This document shows, in pieces, positions 36,357 through 46,218 of a stretch of 60,619 nucleotides of DNA. The DNA lies in the IMG/VR virus record IMGVR_UViG_3300045119_000430, positions 1 to 60,619 of that record; one strand, written 5' to 3'. Position 1 is the first letter of the stretch. Each line of letters opens with the position of its first letter. This DNA comes from a virus. Lineage: Duplodnaviria; Caudoviricetes. The notes under the pieces are model-generated. The model searched no databases and was not told where the DNA came from. It saw only the letters and a program-made list of their open reading frames with translations. The translations under genes and the position numbers were made by a program.

Positions 36357-37396
36357 TGCCCTACTCAGACGTCCAGCTCCGCAACGCCCCTCCCTGGTTT
36401 CAGGGCACCGTCATGGGCGCGATGGTCACTGGGCTCGGCCAGTCGGCCGACGACTTCATCGAGCGCATTCGGGCCGGCGTTCTCGCTCGCTTCCCTTCGT
36501 TCGCTCCTGTCGATGCCCTGGCCTATAAGGGCAGCGAGCGGGTCATGGACCAAGGGCCCGCCGAGAGCAACCAGGCCTATGCCGAGCGGCTGCGTACGGC
36601 ATGGGATGCCTACCAGTTCTCTGGCTCACACGGCGCACTCCTGAGGCAGCTCGCGATCTTCGGCTTCACTGGCGCGTACATCGTCCAGGACAACGGGTGG
36701 TGGACGACGCTGGCGAAGACGCCGCCAGATTTCACGGTGAGGCTCGCTTTCACCGTATCGATCTCGTCGTGGGCCTTCGACGGCACGCACCTAACGGCCC
36801 CATCGAACGGAGCGACGAACGCAGACGGTGTGGCGGTGGCGCTGAACGATCTGGTGTTCGTGCCGCTGAATGCCGCCGTCTCGGACGGCGTTTACCGATG
36901 CTCGCAGGCCGGCGACGTTTCCCATCCCACGATCCTAACCCGTGCTACGGGATGGACGACTGGTCTGTCTTTGCCGCGCGGGACCGCCGTTCTCGTGACC
37001 AGCGGGGCAACGATGGCTAACAATCAGTTCGCGACACGATCGACCTTCACCGTCGGATCCATCACGCCTTTCTTCTATTTCGGCCTCCTCTCTGGCGGCG
37101 TCATCTTCGGCGCGACGAACGCCAATATCGAGCGCGGCCAGCCCGGCTGGTTCTTCGACGTCCGAGACGATCTGTGGAGCCGCTTCATGATCGTCTTCCC
37201 AGTCCATTTCGGGCCATCAGACGCTCAGGTGCAATCGATCAACGCGATGACCACTCGGTGGCGTCCGGCCTACGCCGATTACCTGGGCTTCGTCGAGATG
37301 AATTCTGGCGACCTGTGGGGTTGGCCGCCTGACCGAGCATGGGGAGGAGGAGGATCGTGGGGGGCAACGTCAACGTTCTATCCACCGCCACCGTAG
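36356..37396 (+). CDS. baseplate wedge (gp48/I-like) with inserted fibre-like domain
   Basis: DALAYKGSER..ESNQAYAERL; insert DLVFV..DGVY..LTRA. Confidence 0.65.
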   Translation: MPYSDVQLRNAPPWFQGTVMGAMVTGLGQSADDFIERIRAGVLARFPSFAPVDALAYKGSERVMDQGPAESNQAYAERLRTAWDAYQFSGSHGALLRQLAIFGFTGAYIVQDNGWWTTLAKTPPDFTVRLAFTVSISSWAFDGTHLTAPSNGATNADGVAVALNDLVFVPLNAAVSDGVYRCSQAGDVSHPTILTRATGWTTGLSLPRGTAVLVTSGATMANNQFATRSTFTVGSITPFFYFGLLSGGVIFGATNANIERGQPGWFFDVRDDLWSRFMIVFPVHFGPSDAQVQSINAMTTRWRPAYADYLGFVEMNSGDLWGWPPDRAWGGGGSWGATSTFYPPPP

Positions 37397-37405
37397 GAGA
37401 ATTAC

Positions 37406-38485
37406 GTGCCGAGCAATTATACAGGCAGTCCGACCGGCGTTCACTCGCCCGCTGCGGCGCCGGGATTCAACGTCGACCCGATCTTGCAGCTGCCGGCCGA
37501 TGGAGACTCGGCGAGCGCGGCGAGCATTGCGCAGGCTCACCAAGTTGCAGCCGACAATCTCTCGTTTCTCCTTAGGAAGTACGCGCTAAACGTCTTCGGC
37601 AACGGCAACATCGGAAACCTGACGCTGAACTCGCTCCTGTCGCTGAGCGGCGCTGACGTTCGCTATCAAGATCTGACCATCGGATCGGGCGGGATCCTGA
37701 GGACCAACGGGTGCGTGGTCTACGTCAACGGAACCTTGACCTTCTCCGGTGGCCACATGGAGGTCGACAACCCGGCCACCATCGCCGGTGGAAATGCCGT
37801 AACCAGCACGCCTGGCGCGGGAGGAGTCGGCGGCAACGCGAGTTCCACCGGAACGATCCTCGGCGGCAGTTCTGGCGGCGCCGGCGGTGCACCTGGCGCC
37901 AACGGGAGTGCCGCGCCCGGTGGCGTGATTGATTCCGTCGGTGGTTCCGGCGGAGCCGGCGGCGATCAGATCTCGTTCTTCGGCGGCGCAGCTGGCTCTT
38001 ACGTCGCGTGGGATACGACCAACTCGCCGAGCATTTTCAGCCTGATCTATAGCAACGGGGCGTGGGGGTTCGCGCGCTCTGGTTCGTCTGGAGCACGCGT
38101 CGGACGAATCCTCGGACTCCAGGGCGGCGCTGGTGGTGGCGGTGGCGCCGGCGGGCTCGGCGGAACGATCGCGGGCGGTGGCGGCGGCGCGGGCGGCGGT
38201 GTCGGAGTCCTGTTCGCTCGTCGCATCGTCTTCGACGCGACCAACAACCTTCGCGCGCCCGGTGGCGTCGGCGGAAACGCGGCAGTCGCTGCCGGCGGTT
38301 CGTGCGGTGGCGGCGGCGGTGGCGGCGGGTGCTGGAACGTGTACTACGGCACGACGAGTGGCGCTAGCCAGCTCGCGTCCGGGTGCGTGCCTGGCGGCGT
38401 CGGCGGCACTCTGGGCTCGTCGCCGGGGACCAACGGAGCCAACGGTTCGATCGGTAGCCTGTTCTTCAACCAGATGAACTTCTGA
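37406..38485 (+). CDS. Gly-rich tail fibre/receptor-binding protein
   Basis: RBS AGGAG; extensive GGxGG repeats; position. Confidence 0.7.
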   Translation: MPSNYTGSPTGVHSPAAAPGFNVDPILQLPADGDSASAASIAQAHQVAADNLSFLLRKYALNVFGNGNIGNLTLNSLLSLSGADVRYQDLTIGSGGILRTNGCVVYVNGTLTFSGGHMEVDNPATIAGGNAVTSTPGAGGVGGNASSTGTILGGSSGGAGGAPGANGSAAPGGVIDSVGGSGGAGGDQISFFGGAAGSYVAWDTTNSPSIFSLIYSNGAWGFARSGSSGARVGRILGLQGGAGGGGGAGGLGGTIAGGGGGAGGGVGVLFARRIVFDATNNLRAPGGVGGNAAVAAGGSCGGGGGGGGCWNVYYGTTSGASQLASGCVPGGVGGTLGSSPGTNGANGSIGSLFFNQMNF

Positions 38486-38817
38486 TGACCGAGTTCGGAC
38501 GCCATCTCGTCGACTTGTCCAGCGGAAGCCTGGATCGGCGAGTCGTGCGCGTGCAGCAGGCGATCCGGAATCCGATCTTCGCCAGCGCGCTTCATCGAGC
38601 GCTGGCCAGAGAAGAGCAGGAGGCGCCGATTACCGATCTCGATCACCTCCGCGGAATCGTTCGCTCGGTACTCGCGGCGGACTTTGGGCTCGACGTCGCT
38701 GGCGTGCTGCTCACGTTCGCGTGGGACGCGGAAACGAAACGCCTGGATGTCTGGTGCCGAACCGAAGCAACTCCCGAACAGGTTGCCGAGGCGGCGACCA
38801 ACGCAGGAACAACGTGA
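38485..38817 (+). CDS. hypothetical protein
   Basis: TGATG coupling. Confidence 0.55.
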   Translation: MTEFGRHLVDLSSGSLDRRVVRVQQAIRNPIFASALHRALAREEQEAPITDLDHLRGIVRSVLAADFGLDVAGVLLTFAWDAETKRLDVWCRTEATPEQVAEAATNAGTT

Positions 38818-39044
38818 AAACCACGGTCGCCATCGCCTTCTTCTTCGTCTCGCTCTTCGCCGCCTGCGCCGTCACGCCCGCGCCGCCGCGACCATTCGAG
38901 CCGTCGATCGGTCCGATCTATTGCTGCCGCGGTGGTCTCATCTGCAAGGCAGGCAGCACTGACAAGGCGGGCGACCTCCTCCCGACCGCCTTCTACGTCA
39001 ACGCCCATTGCCAAGCGAATCCAGGTCACTGCAGTTGCCCGTGA
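38814..39044 (+). CDS. small Cys-rich putative lipoprotein
   Basis: KTTVAIAFFFVSLFAAC lipobox. Confidence 0.55.
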   Translation: MKTTVAIAFFFVSLFAACAVTPAPPRPFEPSIGPIYCCRGGLICKAGSTDKAGDLLPTAFYVNAHCQANPGHCSCP

Positions 39045-39068
39045 AAACAGGTCAATGGCCGCAACCAA

Positions 39069-39572
39069 ATGAACCCCATCGACAGGAGTAACAGTGATGC
39101 GATCTCTATGGTCACGCCTGAAACGAATGTTTCGCCCGCCCGCGAATCCCTCGCCGAATACAAGCGCCGGCTCCGAGCGGTCGAAGACCTCATCGGACGC
39201 GTGGAGGGACGCATTGACGGGCTGGAGCGATCTGGCCGAATGGATGGAGCGCAATACCGGAGAATCATCGCCAGCACGGCGGCGCTTACGGACCGGGTCA
39301 TCCGCGCGAGCGTGATAGCTAAGGGCGAGCTCGAAGCTGAGAGCGACGGGGCTCGGCCGATGACCGGGTTCGAGATCGAGGCGTACCGCGAGCCGCAGCG
39401 AAAAAAGAGCACGACCGAACTCGTGCTGAGCCTCGTTGCCGCCGGCGGATTCGCCGGTCTCGTCGCGGCCGGCAAGCACTGGATCCCGGCGGTGTGGGGG
39501 ACGGTCTCGGGGATGGCGGCGGCGGGGGCGACGTGGTTCCTGCAGCGGCCGAGGCTGTGGAGGCGGCGCTAA
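39069..39572 (+). CDS. coiled-coil plus two-TM protein (holin/lysis candidate)
   Basis: Two C-terminal hydrophobic segments; end of late operon; start uncertain. Confidence 0.45.
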   Translation: MNPIDRSNSDAISMVTPETNVSPARESLAEYKRRLRAVEDLIGRVEGRIDGLERSGRMDGAQYRRIIASTAALTDRVIRASVIAKGELEAESDGARPMTGFEIEAYREPQRKKSTTELVLSLVAAGGFAGLVAAGKHWIPAVWGTVSGMAAAGATWFLQRPRLWRRR

Positions 39573-40069
39573 TTCGCGTACTGGGAATAGATCCGGGTTC
39601 CATTCGCCTCGGCTATGCGATCCTGGACGTCGCGCCGGGCCATCGCCTCAAGTACGTCGAGGCGGGTGTCATCACAGCCCCGTCCGCACATGACCACCAC
39701 GCGCGTCTCGTCGAGATCGGGCGTGACCTTGAGGCCGTGATCGCCGAGTTCACCCCCGACGTTGCGGCGGTCGAGGCGGGCTTCGTCCAGCATCTCAACG
39801 GCGCTCTCACGCTGGGGGCTTCGCGTGGCGTTGCCTGCTACGTCTGCGGGCGCGCGGGACTGGTGGTGACCGAATACGCGCCAAGCACGGTTAAGAAATG
39901 TGCTACAGGCAGCGGGAAGGCGTCCAAGGATGACGTTGCTCGCCTCGTCGCTCTGAGGTTGGGACTGACGCGATTGCCGGCGCCCGACGCGGCCGATGCG
40001 CTGGCGATTTGCATCTGCCGGGCCTCCGATCTCGTCGCGGGCTGGGTCGAGCGACCGCGGGCGGCCTAG
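39572..40069 (+). CDS. ruvC: Holliday junction resolvase RuvC
   Basis: RVLGIDPG, AVE, YAPSTVKK..TGSGKASK, DAADALAI; start possibly ATT 39572 or GTG 39557. Confidence 0.92.
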   Translation: MRVLGIDPGSIRLGYAILDVAPGHRLKYVEAGVITAPSAHDHHARLVEIGRDLEAVIAEFTPDVAAVEAGFVQHLNGALTLGASRGVACYVCGRAGLVVTEYAPSTVKKCATGSGKASKDDVARLVALRLGLTRLPAPDAADALAICICRASDLVAGWVERPRAA

Positions 40070-40275
40070 GCCGGCGCCGTCCTCTTGCGCACCTCTCGCC
40101 CCCTTGCCGCGTCCTCTCGCGCCAGCTCGCCGATCGTCATCCCCCTGACGGAGGCGTCGGCAGCAAGCTCAGCATGCTCTACGGCAGGCACACGGTAGGC
40201 CACCGTGCGGGACGGGGAGGTGATGGGGCGGCCGGCGCCGGCTCTGCGTCCGCCGTGGGTTTTGCGGCGCTTCAT
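40066..40275 (-). CDS. RHH-like DNA-binding protein with GGRRAGAGRP motif
   Basis: HGGRRAGAGRP..TVAYRV..GMTIGELARE. Confidence 0.6.
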   Translation of the reverse strand: MKRRKTHGGRRAGAGRPITSPSRTVAYRVPAVEHAELAADASVRGMTIGELAREDAARGREVRKRTAPA

Positions 40276-40676
40276 GGTCGCGACTCTCCGATATGCGACC
40301 GCCGGTTGTGCCCCAGGCGGCCGCAGGCTCCGCACTTGTTTTTCGGCGCCTTGCGCCGCTGCCGGTCCGCCTCGCTCACGAGGTCGCCACATTTCGCGCA
40401 TAGCCGCGCACCCACGCGGCGGTCGTAGAGATCCATCTGCCTCGATAGTCCGATCAGGCCGCGAAACGAGGAGCGCCGAATCTTGCGGCGCCCTCCCCCA
40501 TAGGGCATTACCTCGATCCCCGCTGCTTCGATATCGGCCACGACTCGATATGCGGTCCGCCAATTGACACCGGCGTGCTCAGCCACTTCCGCCATCGTGT
40601 GCCCGCCGCGTAGCAGATAGAGGACCACACGGAGCGCGGTCCTCACAAGCGCGCCGCGCCCGCCGTGGGCCGCCAC
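40272..40676 (-). CDS. HTH protein with C-terminal Zn finger
   Basis: TMAEVAEHAGVNWRTAYRVVADIEAAG; CAKC..CGAC..H. Confidence 0.65.
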   Translation of the reverse strand: MAAHGGRGALVRTALRVVLYLLRGGHTMAEVAEHAGVNWRTAYRVVADIEAAGIEVMPYGGGRRKIRRSSFRGLIGLSRQMDLYDRRVGARLCAKCGDLVSEADRQRRKAPKNKCGACGRLGHNRRSHIGESRP

Positions 40677-40924
40677 TACTGAGCCTCGGCGACCCGGCGC
40701 TCGGTGGCCACCTGCTCAGCCTCCTCGGCATCGGTCAGCTCGACGTAGAGCAGGGAGGCATCCTCGCGGCGCACCTCCTCGGCCTGCTCCACGGACAGCC
40801 CCTCGCGGCCCTGCGGATGCACCTCGCTGGCGTACTCGCAGATGCGCCCGTCGTAGTGGCCCATCAGGTCGCCCACCGTCGTGCCAGTCTCGGTCGCCCA
40901 GGTCAGCAGGTTGCGCTTGTTCAT
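40676..40924 (-). CDS. hypothetical protein
   Basis: RBS GAGGAG. Confidence 0.6.
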   Translation of the reverse strand: MNKRNLLTWATETGTTVGDLMGHYDGRICEYASEVHPQGREGLSVEQAEEVRREDASLLYVELTDAEEAEQVATERRVAEAQ

Positions 40925-40967
40925 CGCTCTCTCCTCGTCTCGGGTTGTCGTCGCGTCCACAGGAGAG

Positions 40968-41007
40968 AGACTAGCCGATGACTTGAATGTTGTAAACAAC
41001 AATCAAG
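40968..41007 (-). promoter_or_regulatory. sigma70-like promoter TTTACA-N17-TAGTCT overlapped by a 26-bp inverted repeat
   Basis: CTTGAATGTTGT-AA-ACAACAATCAAG (40982-41007), one mismatch, AT-rich island. Confidence 0.65.
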
Positions 41008-41204
41008 ATGAGTATGACGATTCGGACGCAGCGCGCTAAGACGGTCCCTACAGCCCGCCGCCCCTCACGCGCCCTGCCTTCTCCAGGCGCACCGCGCACG
41101 AGACGAAGGCCCAATCGTCAGTCCACGGTCCCTCGGCGCCGCAGTCACCTACGGGAGCATTGGGGCGCGATGGTGGACGTAGGGCCAGCCGTGCTCGTCG
41201 TGGG

Positions 41205-43404
41205 TCAGGGGCATGGGCTGCGTTGTTTGGCCGCTGCGGTCGGCTCCTCGCCTTCGCCGTAAACCCAACGGCGCGCCCATGCCTCAAGCCCGGGCCCGAT
41301 GCGCACCGGCAACTCGCCGTCACCAATGGACATAGCGTTCAGCGCCTCGGCGTTCTCTCGGGCGCGCTCCTCTCGGAGCCAGCGGCGGAGGGCGGATGTC
41401 TTCATCGCGGGACCGTCCGTATCTCCCATGACCCATCTGGTAGACCTGGATCGACGATGATGTTCGCGTCGTTCCAGAAGGCGCGCGCCTTCTGCTCCAG
41501 GCCGGGCGAGACAGCGATCGTGGCGCGCGACAGATCGACGGTTCCGACTTCCCTGGCCGGTCCTTTCGCCTGAGGCATCTCGGCGCCGTCGGTGCGGGCG
41601 AGGAAGGCGCTGACACGCGCATTGAATCGGCGTCCGTCGTGCTGGGCATAGGCCGACGGGTCTTTTAGCCACGCCATTGCTTCCTGTAGTAGCGCCACGG
41701 CTTCCTTGAGTTGGCGTTGCGCCTCGCGGGCGCTGGCAACGATGGCCCGCAAATAGGCCCGCTCGGCCGCCGTAACTGCCCGCTCGGGGACGTCCATAAT
41801 CGGCACGTCGTCGCTCATCGTCTCACCTCGTCGAGTCGGACGAGCAGATCGCGTTGGCGCTCGAACCACGGTCCGTCAGGGCCTTCTCCGGGAACTTCTC
41901 GCAACAACTCTGCGGCTTCGCTGACGGCGGCCTTCAGCACCGCGATCATCAGGATCGCCTCCGTGGCCAGCCCGGGGAGTCCGCCTTCGGGATCCATGTC
42001 GCCGTTACATCCAGGATGCATGGCCTCCGATAGGATCGCCTGCGCATGTCGGGCGCGCTTGTCGCTGGCCTGCGTCTCTTCCAGAGCGCTCATCGTCTCA
42101 CCTCCCTGTATGGAACCTCCCGCGGATGCGGGTGCTGGTCGTGTTCGCTCATGGGTGCGTCAGCAACAACGTTCCAGAGCAATTGGACGAATGCTTTCTT
42201 GCTTCGGTCGGATCTGCCCCGGAGGCTGAGCACGTGCATGACCAGTTCGCCGAGAACATCCGCATGGGCTGTTCGGTGTCGCGCGCCAGCGACTCAACGA
42301 CCCATAAGATACCGGGTCCGCAGCGCTCACAAAGCACTAGGCTCGGGCGCGTCCAGTTATGAGGCATATCGAATGCAGAGTTGCAGTCGACGCAGACCCA
42401 TCGTCGCGTCAGCGGTCCATGCCGACCCGGGCCGCGGGCAGCCAGATCACCCAGGGTCAGCGGCGCGATCGGTGGGCATGACGGCGTCAGCGCATCGACC
42501 TCGCGCATGGCCTCGAGGAGGATGGGGTCCATGTCGGGCGGGGAGAGTTGGCGAGGCGCAACGGGCGAGCGGCTCATCGCGTCCCCTTCCCTCCGTTGGA
42601 GGGCTGCGGGTCGGCCTGCGGTCCGTTCTGCGCGATGTGGAGGGCGTCGACCTCCCGCGTGCATTCGGCTACAACTCGCTTGGCTGCATCAAAGACCAGC
42701 CACACCATCTCCTGCCGATCGCTGTATCTAAGCTGTTGCCAATGCGATCGGATCGACCATGGTCCGGGGCTCGGCTGCGGCCGCGGTGGCACCGCCCGGA
42801 AGAACTCGCGCCGAAACAGATTGCGATCTTCGTCGTCAGCCACGTCCGCCTCCCTTACCTGTCGGCCCCGGGATCGCGTTCGCCGCCCGCACAATCTCGC
42901 GCACCGCATCTCCGAGAGGGTCACCGCGACCGTTGAGGATCTTTGAGACGGCCAAGACCTGGCCGCCCTTGTGGCCGCGCAGGATAATTTGCCGACCAAT
43001 CGGGTCGTCATCAGAGATAGAGATTCTCACGTGCCTGAGGCCCGCGTCATTGAGCTGAACGCGAATGAGAGCCTCGCCTGGCAACGAACCGTCACTGTCC
43101 CGCCAGCTCATCGTCCGCCTCCCCTTCGTTCTCGCTCAGCCTCGAACCTCCGCAGGGCCGCAATGCCGATGCGCACGTATCTCTCCACATGGGTGACGTA
43201 GACCTTGCTCGCCCCGGAGAGCGGGATCGGGCCGTCTGCCGGCAGGCCATGCCACCTGAGGTCTTCGCGGATCACCGCCTCTCGGACGGCGGCTATCGCT
43301 GCGTTGTCGGGCGATTCGTCCAGCCACGGCTGCAGACGGCGCGCGAAGTCCGCGTCGGTCTCGCCGTACTTCTGCTGGGGCATTGCTGATGCCTCGGTGC
43401 TCAT
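41205..43404 (-). CDS. leftward early operon of about seven small translationally coupled hypothetical ORFs
   Basis: ORFs 43108-43404, 42836-43111, 42574-42843, 42149-42577, 41815-42093, 41402-41818, 41205-41405 with RBSs and stop/start overlaps. Confidence 0.55.
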
Positions 43405-43610
43405 CGTCCGCCTCCCTTCTTTCCGTTCCCGTCGCGCTCGGGCCGCCTTTTCCCACGCGACGCCCGCCACTTCTCGACGGCGGACCAGGCCACCCGCCGC
43501 AGCCACGTCGTCAGATCGAGGTGCTCAGCGTCGGCGACCTCACGCCACGCGGCTAGCTCGTCTTCGGTGGATCTCATGTTCAGGCGCTTCTCTTTGTCGG
43601 CCACGTTCAC
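43401..43610 (-). CDS. ribbon-helix-helix (Arc/CopG-like) repressor candidate
   Basis: KRLNMR strand plus EDELAAWREVA..LTTWLRRVA; first gene of divergent unit. Confidence 0.72.
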   Translation of the reverse strand: MNVADKEKRLNMRSTEDELAAWREVADAEHLDLTTWLRRVAWSAVEKWRASRGKRRPERDGNGKKGGGR

Positions 43611-43613
43611 TAG

Positions 43614-43714
43614 GTACGCACGATGTACTCACGGTGTCAAGGCGGATGGGGGCGGAGAAAAAATGCTATGCCCTAAAAATAATCGTTGACCCGTGAGTAC
43701 GCTGTGAGTACAGT
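43614..43714. promoter_or_regulatory. divergent early promoters with four GTG(A/C)GTAC operator boxes
   Basis: Plus strand TTGACC-N17-TACAGT (43686-43714); minus strand TTGACA (43640-43635); boxes at 43693, 43704 (+) and 43625, 43614 (-). Confidence 0.75.
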
Positions 43715-43721
43715 CTTTCTC

Positions 43722-44258
43722 ATGGTCACGAACAAAGACACCGCCCCGGTCGCCATCATCGACCCTGTTTACGTCGAGTCCGAGTGCCGCACCTGCAGCG
43801 GCACCGGGTCTGTCGAGCACGCCGACGACTTCGACGGCGACGGCTCCCGGGTGTGCCGCCTCTGCGATGGTGACGGCTACGCCGAGTTGTGCCCCTGTGG
43901 TGACGCTCGCGTCCCGCTGGAGTTCATCCCGGACGCCGACGGGTGCCGCGAGTGCCTCCGCTGCACGGAGGATAGGGAGGCGTACGAGGCCAGGGAGGCG
44001 GCTCGGCTGCTGGATGGCGGTGGGGCTCACCCCGATGACGAGGCGCTCCCCGCGGAGGCGTTCACGTGCGCATGCGGGTCCGACAAGCCGGCCGACACCC
44101 AGGAGTGCGGGGACTGCGAGGGGGACAGGATTCGGAGGGCTCTCGACGCCGCTGCAGCCGAGGGACGACGACGGGGGCTGGTCGAGGCGGCGGAGGTCGA
44201 GGAGGTGACCACGGAGACGGATGTGAGTGACCTGGTGACGCGGAAGGCGGCTGCGTAG
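43722..44258 (+). CDS. Cys-rich Zn-finger protein (leaderless start)
   Basis: CxxCxGxG repeats; ATG 7 nt after the -10 element. Confidence 0.65.
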   Translation: MVTNKDTAPVAIIDPVYVESECRTCSGTGSVEHADDFDGDGSRVCRLCDGDGYAELCPCGDARVPLEFIPDADGCRECLRCTEDREAYEAREAARLLDGGGAHPDDEALPAEAFTCACGSDKPADTQECGDCEGDRIRRALDAAAAEGRRRGLVEAAEVEEVTTETDVSDLVTRKAAA

Positions 44259-44762
44259 GTGGTTGCCGATTCTCGTCCGCGCGTGCCCTACGTGGTCTCT
44301 CCCAGCGGGGATATCGCCATGGTCATCCTGGACCACGGCGAGACGCCGCCGTCGTTCATCACATATCAGCGGGCAGATGGCCGGATCGTTGGCGCGTACC
44401 TCGCCAAGTGCGGATGGACGTGCTGCGATACCAACACGCGCTGCTCTCTGCTGGCGCTCCATGACGGACCCTGCGTCGGCACGGTGGGCCAGTGATCAGC
44501 GCGGCCAAAATTACCGCACTGTGCCCGCAGCATCCGTACGGCGGGACGCACGTGTGCATGCAAGAGGAACGGCGCTGCGCGGTCTGCGGCTGCCCTCTCC
44601 AGGCGTACCCATGCCACCACTGCGGGCGATTCCTCACCGCGGCGCAAATGTATATGGTCGCGCAGGGAGAGAACCCGCGGTGCGATGAACTCGCAGCCGC
44701 GGCGGCTGTCAGTCTAGACGACCCAGATGAGACGACGCCATGAACGCAACCAAGGAGATCGC

Positions 44763-45086
44763 ATGAACTTCAAGACCATCAAGCAAGCGAGCGAGATCAA
44801 GCTGTCCGGGATCGTCGCCGAACTGGAGAAGAAGGACGGCATCATCGCCGGCGTCACGCTGCGCGATTCGGCCGGCGGGATGCTCGTCGTCAAGGTGAAC
44901 AACTACAGCGTCGAGGTGCTGGTTCCCGCGCCGCCGAAGTTGGTGCGCCGCTACCGGGTCCGCGGGGCCCTGGCGGATGTCCAGGTGGACGAGTTGTTCG
45001 AGCACGACTTCTCGGCGAAAGCCAGGATCACGGAGTTGGAGCTCGGCGCCAACGTCGAGCCCGAGAAGGTTCTCGTCGAGGAATAG
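44763..45086 (+). CDS. hypothetical protein
   Basis: RBS AAGGAG. Confidence 0.6.
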   Translation: MNFKTIKQASEIKLSGIVAELEKKDGIIAGVTLRDSAGGMLVVKVNNYSVEVLVPAPPKLVRRYRVRGALADVQVDELFEHDFSAKARITELELGANVEPEKVLVEE

Positions 45087-45404
45087 CCACCCAGACCCCA
45101 GGTAGACCGATAGGAGGAGAGACGACGATGGCGACAAAGCGACAGCTCGCAACCCACGTGCGGCTCGGCGCAGGCGCCTTATGCCGAACGGTTAGGCACA
45201 TGAAAGCTCTGCTGTTCTCGGACAATCCGACGTGCCGCCGTTGCCGCTTCTACCGCCTGGCGCCGGCGCTGGGACGAGAGGGAGCGCTGGAGCGGATGGC
45301 GACAGAGGACGCCGCCAAGCCCAAGTCCGAGTGAGATAGCGGCCCGCCCCCTCCTTGCCGGGAGGGAGCGAGGGATGGACAGTCAACGCAAGGAGAGATG
45401 ACCT

Positions 45405-46088
45405 ATGCCGAATCACGTGACCACAGTCTGTTACGCGTCCGGGACGCCCGAAGACGTCGAACGATTCAGGACGGCCCACTTCAGGGCCGCCGCTGGCGGC
45501 GATCTGGAGTTCGCCTTCGACACGATCATCCCGAAGCCCGATAGCATCAAGGCCACAGAATCAGGGTCGCAGGCCGACCTGGGTTTTTATGCGCTGACCG
45601 GTCTTTGTGGCTACCTCGGCATTCTGCCGCCGCCGGGATACTCCGGGCCGATGCGACACGAAGATCTTGCGGCGTGGCTGGAGAATAATCACCCGCATGT
45701 GCTTGCGAAAGGACGGGCCGCATTGGCAGCCTTCCGCGAGACCGGACATCGCGACTGGTACGAATGGTCTTGCGCGAACTGGGGCACGAAGTGGGGCGCC
45801 TATGATGTCGAATTACGGCCGTCGGAGGCGGGTTGGTTCTGCTTCAAGTTCAAGACCGCATGGTCGTTCCCTGAGCCCGTGTTCCGGAAGCTCGCATCGC
45901 TGCATCCCGGGATCGTCTTCAAGATCGTCTCTTTTGACGAAGGCTGGAACTTCGGTGCCGAGGGGGAGTTCAACGGCGCTGACGACTACCACACCGTGAG
46001 GCCGGGGACCGCCGATCTGTATCGGCGCGTCTACGGCAAGGATCCCGAGAAGGACGAGGACGAAGAGGAGACCGAAGCCGTCCACTGA
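45405..46088 (+). CDS. DUF1281/YubB ferredoxin-like family protein
   Basis: MPNHV, DWYEWSCANWGTKW, FKTAWSFPEP. Confidence 0.8.
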   Translation: MPNHVTTVCYASGTPEDVERFRTAHFRAAAGGDLEFAFDTIIPKPDSIKATESGSQADLGFYALTGLCGYLGILPPPGYSGPMRHEDLAAWLENNHPHVLAKGRAALAAFRETGHRDWYEWSCANWGTKWGAYDVELRPSEAGWFCFKFKTAWSFPEPVFRKLASLHPGIVFKIVSFDEGWNFGAEGEFNGADDYHTVRPGTADLYRRVYGKDPEKDEDEEETEAVH

Positions 46089-46218
46089 AAAAGTAACGCC
46101 CCGAGACGGTGGTTGCACACCGGCCCGGGGCCAGAGACCCGAGCCAGGTTGCCCTAGCTCCGCAGTCACCCACGCGGACGATAAGGCGACCGGCTCCCAA
46201 CCGTCAAGGAGCCAAGCC

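Noticed and set aside
37780-38460. GGC-rich tracts as DNA repeats
   Set aside because: Explained by Gly-rich tail fibre coding
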